Shown here: piece after piece, positions 31,005-40,630 of the stretch
Layout of the letters: the number at the start of each line of letters is the position of its first letter
How positions within the stretch are numbered: the stretch's first letter is position 1
NCBI GenBank assembly: GCA_965205945.1
Contig: CBDBIB010000003.1
Coordinates: 224,001-288,000 of the forward strand
Direction of reading: 5' to 3'
Source: Bdellovibrionales bacterium
GTDB taxonomy: Bacteria; Bdellovibrionota; Bdellovibrionia; Bdellovibrionales; UBA1609
Length of the DNA stretch: 64,000 nt
Translations under genes and position numbers: made by a program
The notes under the pieces: generated by a model
Seen by the model: only the letters and a program-made list of their open reading frames with translations
The model's database searches: none
Told to the model about the DNA's origin: nothing

Positions 31005-31416
31005 TTTTTTTATATTTTTTACTGCTGCAGATCAAAAAATTGAGTTTGAAACAAAAAAAATTATTATTCAAGGTGTAAGCATTAAGGTTGCAATAGCAGA
31101 TACTGCACAAAAAAGAAAGCAGGGTTTAATGTTTGTTGATAATTGGGATAAATATCAAGGAATGTTGTTTTCTTTTAAAAAGGATCGAGTCAGATATTTT
31201 TGGATGAAAAATACTTTTTTACCCTTAAGTATTGGGTTTTATGGATCAGATAAAAAATTATTTGAAATAAAAAAAATGAACCCAGCTAAAAGTCTAGCGC
31301 AAAAAAATGTGGCTAGGGTTTATAGCTCAAAAGCGGCAAAGTATGTTCTTGAGGTTCCACAAGGGTGGTTTAAAAAGCATAAAATTGTTATAGGTTCAAG
31401 TTTTAAGGAAATATAA
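30979..31416 (+). CDS. DUF192 domain protein
   Basis: IADT...GLMF...GMLF...FWMKNT..PLSI...YVLEV..G. Confidence 0.9.
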   Translation: MVLLKILCSFFIFFTAADQKIEFETKKIIIQGVSIKVAIADTAQKRKQGLMFVDNWDKYQGMLFSFKKDRVRYFWMKNTFLPLSIGFYGSDKKLFEIKKMNPAKSLAQKNVARVYSSKAAKYVLEVPQGWFKKHKIVIGSSFKEI

Positions 31417-31538
31417 AGGTCAAGCCTTTAGGAGTATAAAGGATGAAAAATATTTTTAATTAAGATAAAGTGTGCTTTACTGTTAAAACAAACCTCTAAA
31501 GTCTTTTTTTAAAGAGGTTTTAAACTTAGGAGCAAGAA

Positions 31539-33170
31539 ATGTTTAAAAAGGGATTTTTCTACATAGTGTTTATTATAATTATTCTTGGTGGTGTCGGTTG
31601 TAATTCGAGCAACAAACACGAGGGGGATGATTTAGATATTTCTGAAATACAAGAAATTGAAGAGACTGGAGAGTTTAGTGAGGATGAATTTTTCTCAGAT
31701 GAAGGAAATCCCCTTATAGAAGAAGAACAATTGGTTGATATTGTTCCTGGTTTAGAGGATGAGTTAGAAGGTGAAGTAGTAGGGGTAGAAAAAGATCTTG
31801 ATCTTACTGAAGATGAACTGGATTTAGGCAGTGTAAGCAAAAGTGATGAAGAGGATGCCATTGCATTTGATGATTTGTTTTTTAAAGATGATGTTAAAGA
31901 AAAAGAGGTTTCTGTTGTAGAAAATGATTTAGACTCATCAGATTTGAATTTAGATGATACTTCTTCTAGCTTAGAAGATGAAGTTGCAATAACTGATAAA
32001 GATGAAGTTCAAAGTGATAAGCTAGAGCCTGATTCTGGTAAAGACGATATTTTTAATGCAAACATAGAGGCTGCTGAACCTGACCTGCTTGTAACAGATA
32101 TTACTGTTGATAATGACTATAAAGATGCTCCTATAGACGTGAATTACGAAAAACCTTTAAGTGTAGGGGTTTTAAAAAGTTTAGTTCCTGTTAAAAAAAT
32201 GAAGACGGTTCCTTATTCAGTAAGTGGAGTTTTAGTAAATGCTATTTATTTTGTAAGAGAAGGGGATTCTTTAAGAAAAATAGCTGATCGTATTTACGGT
32301 CAAGGAAGTGCTGTAGATTTTAAATTAGTGAATCCTCACTTAAAAGAGGGCGGGTTAAAAGTAGGTCAAAAGGTTTATTATAATTCACCTACACGATCAC
32401 AAGATAGATCAAGACTTTTAACATATTATGAAGATATTCGTTCGCCAGTTCAAGTGTACAGTGCTCAAAAGGGTGAGAACATTAGAGCAGTTTCAAAATC
32501 TTTATTAGGTCACAGTAGAAGTTGGATGGAAGTTTGGGCAACAAATCAACAAATTGAATCAAAAGGCAATTTAAAGGTTCCGTATCAGATTCGTTATTGG
32601 GAAGCCGGAGCTTTAAAAGCTCCAATACTGGTTAAAAATAATAAACCTACTTTAACACCGAAAGAACCGGTATTAAAAGCACAACCTTTAAAACCCAAAA
32701 CAGCAGATCAGGCAAAACTTAGTCTTAATAAAGAGTTACCCTTAAAGAAAGAGCCTGTAGGGGATGTTGCTGCTGCTATTGAGCCGGATGATAATATAGA
32801 GTTTGATGAGCCGGATATGGAGCTTGATGAACCTGCTCTTACTGATGCTGCATTAAAGGATGATGATAGGTTTGATAAAAATACTGCTGCTAGAGGGGCT
32901 GTGACAGACGCTGCTGTGCCAGGAGTAGAGGGAAGAGATATTGCAAGAAATGAGGCTGCTTTTCCAGCAAAAACTACAAGTCTTGCAGGTAATGACACAA
33001 TAAAAATGGGGATCATTGTAGTGGCTTTGCTCTTACTTTTAGTCGTGGGTTTTCTTGTGGTTAAGAGAAGGAGAGCTTTGCAGGGTTCTGAGTCAATAGA
33101 ATCTTTTGATTTTGGTGGAGAGACTACTATTGAGGAACAGCAAGCAACAAAAACTCAGATTGATTTGTAG
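31539..33170 (+). CDS. Acidic LysM-domain envelope protein with lipobox and C-terminal TM anchor
   Basis: GGVGC lipobox, long D/E-rich tract, LysM-like YFVREGDSLRKIA and YSAQKGENIRAVS, TM MGIIVVALLLLLVVGFLVV then KRRR. Confidence 0.75.
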   Translation: MFKKGFFYIVFIIIILGGVGCNSSNKHEGDDLDISEIQEIEETGEFSEDEFFSDEGNPLIEEEQLVDIVPGLEDELEGEVVGVEKDLDLTEDELDLGSVSKSDEEDAIAFDDLFFKDDVKEKEVSVVENDLDSSDLNLDDTSSSLEDEVAITDKDEVQSDKLEPDSGKDDIFNANIEAAEPDLLVTDITVDNDYKDAPIDVNYEKPLSVGVLKSLVPVKKMKTVPYSVSGVLVNAIYFVREGDSLRKIADRIYGQGSAVDFKLVNPHLKEGGLKVGQKVYYNSPTRSQDRSRLLTYYEDIRSPVQVYSAQKGENIRAVSKSLLGHSRSWMEVWATNQQIESKGNLKVPYQIRYWEAGALKAPILVKNNKPTLTPKEPVLKAQPLKPKTADQAKLSLNKELPLKKEPVGDVAAAIEPDDNIEFDEPDMELDEPALTDAALKDDDRFDKNTAARGAVTDAAVPGVEGRDIARNEAAFPAKTTSLAGNDTIKMGIIVVALLLLLVVGFLVVKRRRALQGSESIESFDFGGETTIEEQQATKTQIDL

Positions 33171-33325
33171 CTTATAACCTAAAGTTCGGGCTTTTATCGG
33201 TTTGTTGTTTAAAGAGTAAGAAACCTAAGGTTAACAAAGAGCCAAAGCAGATTTTTAATTTAAGCTTTAAAAAGTGAAAACTTTTATGAGTCGTATGTTT
33301 AAGAATACAACTTTAGCACCAATAA

Positions 33326-33481
33326 TTAGTCTTTGGAGTTGTTTATATTTGAGATTCCATCATAAAAGGCATGTTCATCTGTATTAGGTTTGAAGTTGTT
33401 TTTGTTTCCACAGTTTTGAAAAAATAAAATGACAAGTACTAAGGGGATAAGGGTATATATTTTTTGTAATATGAATTTCAT
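33326..33481 (-). pseudogene. Truncated FQNC-type lipoprotein remnant (51 aa)
   Basis: AGGAG RBS; translation MKFILQKIYTLIPLVLVILFFQNCGNK... stops after 51 codons. Confidence 0.45.
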
Positions 33482-33725
33482 AAGCTTTTTCTAATCTCCT
33501 AGAGCTTTGTCGACAGATTAGAAAAAAACTTTAGGCCTTAAGGGGATAAAGTTTAAAAAAATATTGGAAAGACGCAACGAAAACCACTGAACGTGTTCGC
33601 AAACGTAGAGGGGAAGCTGACAAAAGCTATTTGTAATATAATTATCCGTTTCATTAAATGAGTTTCCTTTGCTACCAGCCTCGTATCCGCGTCCTGGGTA
33701 ACCCATTAAGTGGGTACGGATGAGA

Positions 33726-33797
33726 GTAGGTTTTTAGGATACTTTAAGGCTGATATGTCTAAAATACCCTGTTAGTGTAGTTAAGTGCATATTCTGG
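33726..33797 (-). mobile_element. Isolated left-end fragment (about 72 bp) of the IS1595 element at 36534, inverted orientation
   Basis: Near-identical reverse complement of 36534-36605, with about three substitutions seen by eye. Confidence 0.9.
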
Positions 33798-34163
33798 AAA
33801 ATCAAATATGAAGAATAGGTTTGTTCCACTATTTGACAAACTATTGCTGAGGAAAAAATATATTGTTGAGACTGTTTTTGGAATTTTAAAAGAAGAGTTT
33901 CACATTGAACACTCTTGACATCAAAGTCTAAAAAACTTTGTAATGAATGTTTTGTCAGCACTAACAGCATATTTTCTGTGTCCTTTTAAACCATCAATCC
34001 GTGTTCAAACCCATGAAAATAGAATGTTACAGTAGATTTAAAAAGTTCGAATTCGGGTTACCAAGAATAATTAATCTTGTATTTGATTGTGTTAAATGGG
34101 ATAAGTATTAGTGTAGAAAATTTTTTAGAATTTTATGATGTAGTAATATAGAGGAGTTATTAT

Positions 34164-34598
34164 ATGAATTATATAAAATGTTTTTTTTCTCGTCCTGAAA
34201 TTTCAAAATCTTTATCTATTTATTTGCTAGTTTTAAGAGTGCTTGTTGGTGTGGCATTCATACTTCATGGGTGGGGTAAAATTCAAAACCCATTTAATTG
34301 GATGTCTGCAGAATCTGGTGTTCCAGGGGTGTTACAATTCTTAGCAGCTTTTTCAGAGTTTGGTGGGGGCTTATCGCTTATTATAGGTTTAGTAGTGCCT
34401 TTATCTATGTTAGGCCTTGGCTTTACAATGGCTGTGGCAGTGGTTATGCATGCATTTATTTGGGGTGATCCCTTTGTTGCTTCTCAAGGTGGATCCTATG
34501 AGTTACCTCTTATATATTTAGCATTATGTGTATTGTTTGGAGGAGTGGGTCCAGGGCGTTATTCGCTAGATTCTAAAATATTTTCTAAAGCAAGTTAG
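34164..34598 (+). CDS. DoxX family membrane protein
   Basis: [30 protein letters not shown]. Confidence 0.92.
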   Translation: MNYIKCFFSRPEISKSLSIYLLVLRVLVGVAFILHGWGKIQNPFNWMSAESGVPGVLQFLAAFSEFGGGLSLIIGLVVPLSMLGLGFTMAVAVVMHAFIWGDPFVASQGGSYELPLIYLALCVLFGGVGPGRYSLDSKIFSKAS

Positions 34599-36328
34599 AG
34601 TTCTTCAATAAAAATTTTCTCTGTTATTTTCCAAAATTTGTTTTGTTTTCGAGCAATTATAAAAACAGGCATTCTAAAATATTTTTGAGCCTTAATGATT
34701 TGATTGATAGAATCAATGTTTAATTTCATTTCAGGTCTTTTCATATGAGATCTTAGAAAGTTAATATTGAATTTTTTAATACTTGTTTGATCATTAATAA
34801 AATGAGTTTCGGATAAATACTCAGCATTATAATCATAGTATTTTATTTTTAAGTAAGTGTTTTTATTTTTATCAGTGCACTCAAGCATCTGAATGGAGTC
34901 AGGTTGGAGGATATGAGAATTTTTAGATAAACGTGCTTGCTTTAGTTTAGCGCGGGTATCAATAAGAATACATTTACAGTTTGCACATTGGCGGGCATTG
35001 ATATCGTTATGGTAAGAACATTGATTACAGATTTTAAATCTAAAACGATACCCGCAAGGGGTGAAATCAAAGGAATCAATATTTTCTGTAGCGCCCTTGC
35101 ATTTTTGACCAAAGTGTTCAGTAACATTACCGTTTAAATCTACTCGTCCCCAAAAATTATTGCAGAATCCGCAGTCAGGACAAATCACTTGAACAGGGGT
35201 AGAATCAGAAGTTGTTTTTTTATTACCAATTTCCGGGCTGTATATATCATACCCCATACCAGTGTAATCAAGAATAAAACAGTCTTTTTTTTTAGAGTTT
35301 AGGCGTAAACCACGCCCAATAATTTGTTGATATAAACTTACAGATTCAGTGGGTCTTAAAATAGAAATAACATCAATATGAGGTGCATCAAAACCTGTTG
35401 TAAGAACTGAAACATTGACTAGATATTTAAACTTTTTATTTTTAAAATCTTGAATGATTTGATTTCTTTTAAAACTGTCTGTTTCACCAAGGATAAGGCG
35501 AGCATCTTTTTTAGGAAGGCTTGCCATGATGTCTTCAGCATGCTTTACAGTACTACTAAAGATTAGAACTCCTTGTCGGTCGTAGGCTGTGGTAATATCA
35601 ATAATATTTTTAATAATTAGTGGCGTAAGGTGTCGTTGTTGTTGAAGAGCTGCTTCAACTTGAGCTGTTGTATAAGTTTTAGATTCCATGAGCTCAGAAA
35701 AATTATAACAAGTGACAGGAATATCTACTCTTACAGGAGTTGTAAGGTACTTGTTTTTAATCATGTATTCAAGAGAGAGTTCATAGATGCATTGTTTAAA
35801 GAAACGTTTTTTTTGAGTATGAACAATACCTAAATGATTGTAGTTGTAAATCCAGCCTATTTCAAATCTATATGGAGTTGCAGTTAGACCAAGTATATAA
35901 AGATTCTTATTTTTAGTTTTTAGTTTTGTAATAACTTTTTGATATTGAGTATCTAGTTCAAGGCTGACTCTGTGACATTCATCAATTACGAGTAAGGTAA
36001 AATCATTAAAAAAAAGATCCTCAGCATTTGCGACAGATTGAATACTTCCAAAAATAACTTTTTGTAGGGAGTCTTTTTGATTAAGGCCTGCTGAATAAAT
36101 ACCGGCCTTAATGCCATAGGCTTCATATTTTAAATGATTTTGTTCAACAAGTTCTTTTACATGAGCAAGCACTAAAACGCGACCTTTAGCAATTCTTGCA
36201 AGTTCAGCGATGATTAAACTCTTGCCAGCCCCTGTGGGAAGCACAATAACAGCAGGGTCTTTCTTTTTTTTAAAGTACTTTATAGCGCTATGAACGGCTT
36301 CTTGTTGGTAGGGGCGAAGGTTATACAT
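34595..36328 (-). CDS. radD: RadD/YejH-like superfamily 2 DNA repair helicase
   Basis: [41 protein letters not shown] and CNQC..CANC Zn fingers, YejH-like C-terminus. Confidence 0.9.
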   Translation of the reverse strand: MYNLRPYQQEAVHSAIKYFKKKKDPAVIVLPTGAGKSLIIAELARIAKGRVLVLAHVKELVEQNHLKYEAYGIKAGIYSAGLNQKDSLQKVIFGSIQSVANAEDLFFNDFTLLVIDECHRVSLELDTQYQKVITKLKTKNKNLYILGLTATPYRFEIGWIYNYNHLGIVHTQKKRFFKQCIYELSLEYMIKNKYLTTPVRVDIPVTCYNFSELMESKTYTTAQVEAALQQQRHLTPLIIKNIIDITTAYDRQGVLIFSSTVKHAEDIMASLPKKDARLILGETDSFKRNQIIQDFKNKKFKYLVNVSVLTTGFDAPHIDVISILRPTESVSLYQQIIGRGLRLNSKKKDCFILDYTGMGYDIYSPEIGNKKTTSDSTPVQVICPDCGFCNNFWGRVDLNGNVTEHFGQKCKGATENIDSFDFTPCGYRFRFKICNQCSYHNDINARQCANCKCILIDTRAKLKQARLSKNSHILQPDSIQMLECTDKNKNTYLKIKYYDYNAEYLSETHFINDQTSIKKFNINFLRSHMKRPEMKLNIDSINQIIKAQKYFRMPVFIIARKQNKFWKITEKIFIEEL

Positions 36329-36533
36329 GAGATTTATGGTATAAGTTTAATAGATAAGGTCAAGATTCAAATAATATTTAGACAAATATAATAACTAAAA
36401 CATCTTAAGTTCCTACGATTGTAATAAAAAATTATAGCTATAATTATTCAAGAATAGGATGATTTATCGTTTTTTATAGAGTCAGCAGCCTAGCTTAGGC
36501 TGTTCTTATGTAAAACAACACTGTTTTATTTTA

Positions 36534-37523
36534 CCAGCATATGCACTTGACTACACTAACAGGGTATTTTAGACATATCAGTCTTAAAGTATCCTAAAAA
36601 CCTACGAGAATTTGATCAAATTTTTAAAGATGATGACGCTTGCTTGGCTTTTCTTAAGGAGCAGCGTTGGGGTAAAGACTTTAAATGCCAGGCCTGTGGC
36701 AACAACACATACTGGTTAATTTCAACTAGACTTTGCAAATGTAAAACTTGTCTTTTTGCAAATTCAGTCAAAGTTGGTTCTATTTTTGAGCCCTCAAAAC
36801 TTCCGATTAAAACATGGTTCTATGCAATCTGGTGGATCACTGCACAAAAAAACTGGAGTAAGCGCACTAAGCCTTCAAAGAATTCTGGGTCTAGGAAGTT
36901 ATGGAGCAGCCTGGCTACTTCTACATAAAATTCGAAACGCTATGGTCCATGGGGACTAGAGTCTTTTGCGTGGAGAGGTTGAAGTTGATGAAGCTTTTAT
37001 TGGTGGTTTTAGGTCTAAAAAGCGCGGTAGAGGAGCCGAAGGCAAAGAGCTTGTGGTGATTGCAGCTGAGTGCTCAGGAAAAAAGCGAGTTAGCAGAATC
37101 AGAATTCAAAGAGTTCCTGATGCTTCTACTGGAAACCTAGAAACATTTATTTTGGCAAATATAGAGCCTGGTTCGACCATCCATACTGATGGCTGGAAAA
37201 GTTATAATGATGTTGGAAGTTTAGGATACAAGCATTTGCCAAGAAAACCAGCGAGTGTAGATCCTGATGAATTGTTTCCGAGAATAAATACTGTAACAGC
37301 ACTTTTAAAAAGATGGTTGATGGGTACGCTCCATGGAAGATTGGACTCAAAACATATTAGATAGTTATTTTGAGGAGTTTATTTTTAGGCTTAACAGGAG
37401 AACATCTAAGGCGAGAGGTCTTTTATTCCAAAGAGTTATAGAAAACTCAATGCGTGTAGCTCCCACTCCCTACAAGGAAATAACGGCTAGAAAACGCTAA
37501 GTGTAGCTATGTGCATATGCTGG
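36534..37523 (+). mobile_element. IS1595-family insertion sequence, 990 bp, full length
   Basis: Terminal IRs CCAGCATATGCACTTGACTACACT (36534-36557) and AGTGTAGCTATGTGCATATGCTGG (37500-37523); 8-bp direct repeat TTATTTTA at 36526-36533 and 37524-37531. Confidence 0.95.
36576..37500 (+). pseudogene. IS1595 (ISXO2-like DDE) transposase pseudogene
   Basis: YPKNLREF, Zn ribbon CQAC..CKTC, EVDEAFIGG, IHTDGWKSY, YFEEFIFRLNRR; broken by a frameshift in an A-run near 36850 and TAG stops at 36957 and 37362. Confidence 0.92.
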
Positions 37524-37694
37524 TTATTTTATTAATGCTGTAGACTAATCTAGTAAAAAATTTGTTAATTTAATAAAATTAAGCAATAGTGTAATATTTT
37601 TAAGGAATGAGTTTGAATTTAGAGGTTTTTATATAGTCCTTATTGAGAAAATTTTAAAATAAGGGTAAGAAAATATGAGAATAAAGGATTTAAT

Positions 37695-38567
37695 ATGGGA
37701 CAGATTGTAGCAGGTTTACTAGCTCCACATCCACCACACTTAGTGTATGCAGAGAATCCAGAGCAGAATATTCCGCGGGCTGAATGTGGTTGGGAAAATC
37801 TACGTTGGGCTTATGAACGTTTAAGGAAAAGCTTAGCAGAACTAGAGTATGATACCATTGTTGTTCACTCTCCTCATTGGAGAACACAAATAGGAACTCA
37901 TTTTTTAGGAGTAAAACATTTTAAAAACCTTTCTGTAGATCCAATTTTTCCACATCTTTTTAGATATCATTATAATTTAAAAGTTGATGTGGAGTTGGCC
38001 AACAAACTTTGTAGTCAAGCTTTTAAAGCAGGGTTGATGACAAAGATGATGAAAAACCCAGATTTTAGGGTGGACTATGGTACAATTACTAGTTGTCATA
38101 TGGTGAATCCATTATGGGATAAGCCTATTGTTGGAATTTCTTCTAACGGAGCATCTAAGTACTATAGTATGGATGTCATGCAGGAGCAAATGGCTGTTTT
38201 AGGAAAAGCCACAGCTAAAGCTATTAAAGAATCTGATAAAAAAGTTATTCTTATTGCAAGCCACTCATTATCCCATCGTCATTATGTTAAAGAGGCAGAT
38301 CCACCAGAGGATATGTCAAAAGAACATGTGGATCATCATGGTCAGTATCTTTGGGATATGAAAATGATTGATCTTATGAAAAAAGGAGACGTTAAAGAAA
38401 TTTTTAATACTATTCCAGATTTTACTGAACAGACTAATGCTGAAACTGAAGCTGGTGGGCTTTCGTGGATGCTTCAAGCTATGGGTATGAAAAATATAAA
38501 AGCTCAAGTTCACGGTTATGGAACGGTTATTGGTACAGGCAATGCTGTTGTTGAATGGAGGTCTTAA
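37695..38567 (+). CDS. amnB: 2-aminophenol 1,6-dioxygenase beta (catalytic) subunit homolog, LigB family
   Basis: APHPPHLVYAENP.QN, WENLRWAYER, VHSPHW, SVDPIFP, FRVDYGTIT, LSH.H, PEDMSKE, GYGTVIGTGNAV match AmnB/CnbCb as recalled. Confidence 0.88.
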   Translation: MGQIVAGLLAPHPPHLVYAENPEQNIPRAECGWENLRWAYERLRKSLAELEYDTIVVHSPHWRTQIGTHFLGVKHFKNLSVDPIFPHLFRYHYNLKVDVELANKLCSQAFKAGLMTKMMKNPDFRVDYGTITSCHMVNPLWDKPIVGISSNGASKYYSMDVMQEQMAVLGKATAKAIKESDKKVILIASHSLSHRHYVKEADPPEDMSKEHVDHHGQYLWDMKMIDLMKKGDVKEIFNTIPDFTEQTNAETEAGGLSWMLQAMGMKNIKAQVHGYGTVIGTGNAVVEWRS

Positions 38568-39509
38568 ATGATTGATGAAAATTTTAAAGAAATACCTGAG
38601 CGCCCAGAAGTTTTAAAATCTTATGTGGTGCCAGGACTTCCTCACTTGCTACTTTGTCCTGAGAAAAAACCTGAGTGGCAAAGATTAAACGATGCTTTTA
38701 AAAAAGTAAAGGATGAGATTAAAGAGTTAAGCCCAGATGTGATTTTAATTTATTCAAGCTATTGGTTTAGTATATTAGGGCACCAGTTTCAAGCTAACCC
38801 AAACCCTAATTGGATTTTAGTTGATGAAGAGTGGCATGAACTAGGCTCTATTCCTTATGAAATGACCATTGATACAAGTTTTGCTTTAGAGAACAAGGCT
38901 TTTGCAGAAAAACGTGGTCTCCACACAAGAGCTATAAACTATGAGGGTTTTCCAATAGATACAGGGTCAGTGGTAGCATCAAAATTATTAAATCCAGATA
39001 ACAAATTTAAAACGGTAATTGTTTCATCAAATATATATTCTGATCGAGCTGAAACCGTAGTTTTAGCAAAATCATCTTTAGATACGCTAAAAAAACAAGG
39101 TAAAAAAGCTGTGGTGATTTTAGTCTCATCACTATCAAATCGTTATTTAGAAGAACCTTTGGATTTTAATAAGCCTGAAAGAATTCATTCACAAAAAGAT
39201 CAGGAGTGGAATTTAGAATTTTTAAAATTTTTGTCACAAGGTCGACTTGAGGACGCTTCACAGTTATCAAGGCAATTTCATAAAGAAGCTAGAGTAACTA
39301 AAAAAGTAGTGGCTTTTAAGCCTTATTGGTGGCTTTCAACAATGATGGGCGAGACTAATACTTTAAAAGGTGAGGTTATGGCATACGAGCCTATTCATGG
39401 AACGGGCGCTGCAATTGTATCTTTTACTCCAGCAGGTATAAGTGAAGGTGGTTTAGAGTTTGATGAAGAGGATGCTGAATTTTATAAAGGAAACCGTAAT
39501 GTCCTCTGA
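38568..39509 (+). CDS. amnA: 2-aminophenol 1,6-dioxygenase alpha (non-catalytic) subunit homolog
   Basis: LigB fold; VPGLPHL, PDVILIYS, VDEEW, GFPIDTG, GTGAA; starts immediately after the amnB stop. Confidence 0.8.
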   Translation: MIDENFKEIPERPEVLKSYVVPGLPHLLLCPEKKPEWQRLNDAFKKVKDEIKELSPDVILIYSSYWFSILGHQFQANPNPNWILVDEEWHELGSIPYEMTIDTSFALENKAFAEKRGLHTRAINYEGFPIDTGSVVASKLLNPDNKFKTVIVSSNIYSDRAETVVLAKSSLDTLKKQGKKAVVILVSSLSNRYLEEPLDFNKPERIHSQKDQEWNLEFLKFLSQGRLEDASQLSRQFHKEARVTKKVVAFKPYWWLSTMMGETNTLKGEVMAYEPIHGTGAAIVSFTPAGISEGGLEFDEEDAEFYKGNRNVL

Positions 39510-40614
39510 TACTGAATATTATGATATAAAAAATTTAAAAACTTTTCCAAAGAGTCCACTTGGAGAAAAAATTAAAGGGCTTTCATCAGGGCATGATGTT
39601 GAGTGGGTGCCCTTAGTTGATTTTAGAAGAAATGGCGTTAGTGAGAACACAATTCACGGTGCTATATCTTGGTTTTCAGGGGATAAAACAATTCATTCTT
39701 TTGGGGGGAATGTTCTTTGTTATGGTAGATCTATGATGAAGCCTTTTTACATAAAAGCTTTTCAAAAAGAACTTGCTAATACAACAAGCTGGAAACAAAA
39801 AACTATATCTATTTCATCACACAATGGAACAGCAGAACATGTATCCTGTGCTCAATCACTACTTCCTAAAGGGGAGTGGGGTTTAATGCTCACACCCCTT
39901 GATTTACCTCTTGTTCAGTTTGGAAGGCAAGTTAGACGTCCAAGAAGATGGCTTAATAACTCCTCAGGTCATCATGCTGCTCTTTTAAAAGGTTTAAGGT
40001 TAAAGGGTATAAATAGGGCAGGCTATATGCTACCAAATCATGAACTTTTTAAAGAATATTTAAAGGTCATGGGAAAATATTTAAATCAAGATGGCGCTAT
40101 TTATAAACCTAGGAGAGTAGCTCGTGATGGAGATGGTTTACCAACATGTGCAATGACAGTGGATGAGTTAGCAAAATGTTATGCGGCTTTGACCGTCGAT
40201 AAAGATAAGGATTGGATTTGGGAGGCTTTTTGTAAAGAACCTGATTTACTTGGAGGTTTTAATCGTTTAGACACAACGGTGATTAAATCTTGTAAAGGTA
40301 AAGTGATTGCTAAAGAAGGTGCTGATGGTCTTTTAGGTTTAGGTATCATTCATCCAGACTATCCAGGTGGATTAGGTGTGGTTATTAAGATTGCTCATGG
40401 CTGGAATCCTCAAGCAACTTGGTATGTGGCAAGAGCTATATTAGGTGTTTTAGGTTTTCAGCTTAGAAACCCTTATCCATTAAAAAGACAAAAAGCTTTT
40501 ATAGTAGAGGGGCTTGTTCCTCCACAGTATTTAAAAACTTTGGAAAAGATTTCTACCTGGGATGAATGGGATCCAGATCATGATCGTTGGTATTTTGAAG
40601 AAGATTTTTTATAG
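39499..40614 (+). CDS. Class 3 (Rhizobium etli-type, Asparaginase_II) hydrolase homolog with altered metal site
   Basis: RRNGVSE..IHG, RSMMKP, SSHNG, NNSSGHH, DGDG.P, IAKEGADG, VIKIAHG; ATG at 39499 with AAAGGA RBS. Confidence 0.8.
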   Translation: MSSDTEYYDIKNLKTFPKSPLGEKIKGLSSGHDVEWVPLVDFRRNGVSENTIHGAISWFSGDKTIHSFGGNVLCYGRSMMKPFYIKAFQKELANTTSWKQKTISISSHNGTAEHVSCAQSLLPKGEWGLMLTPLDLPLVQFGRQVRRPRRWLNNSSGHHAALLKGLRLKGINRAGYMLPNHELFKEYLKVMGKYLNQDGAIYKPRRVARDGDGLPTCAMTVDELAKCYAALTVDKDKDWIWEAFCKEPDLLGGFNRLDTTVIKSCKGKVIAKEGADGLLGLGIIHPDYPGGLGVVIKIAHGWNPQATWYVARAILGVLGFQLRNPYPLKRQKAFIVEGLVPPQYLKTLEKISTWDEWDPDHDRWYFEEDFL

Positions 40615-40630
40615 GAAGGAAGAAAAAAAT

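Noticed and set aside
31559..33016. Ser-rich and Ala-rich minus-strand ORFs (31559-31861, 32708-33016)
   Set aside because: Antisense shadows of the low-complexity acidic LysM protein.
33560..33635. Possible c-di-GMP or c-di-AMP riboswitch (GGAAA, GCAAA, GGGGA words)
   Set aside because: The required paired stems could not be built and no plus-strand gene follows directly.
36486..36502. Hairpin CAGCCTA-GCT-TAGGCTG
   Set aside because: A single short inverted repeat with no clear U-tract and no gene ending nearby; function unsupported.
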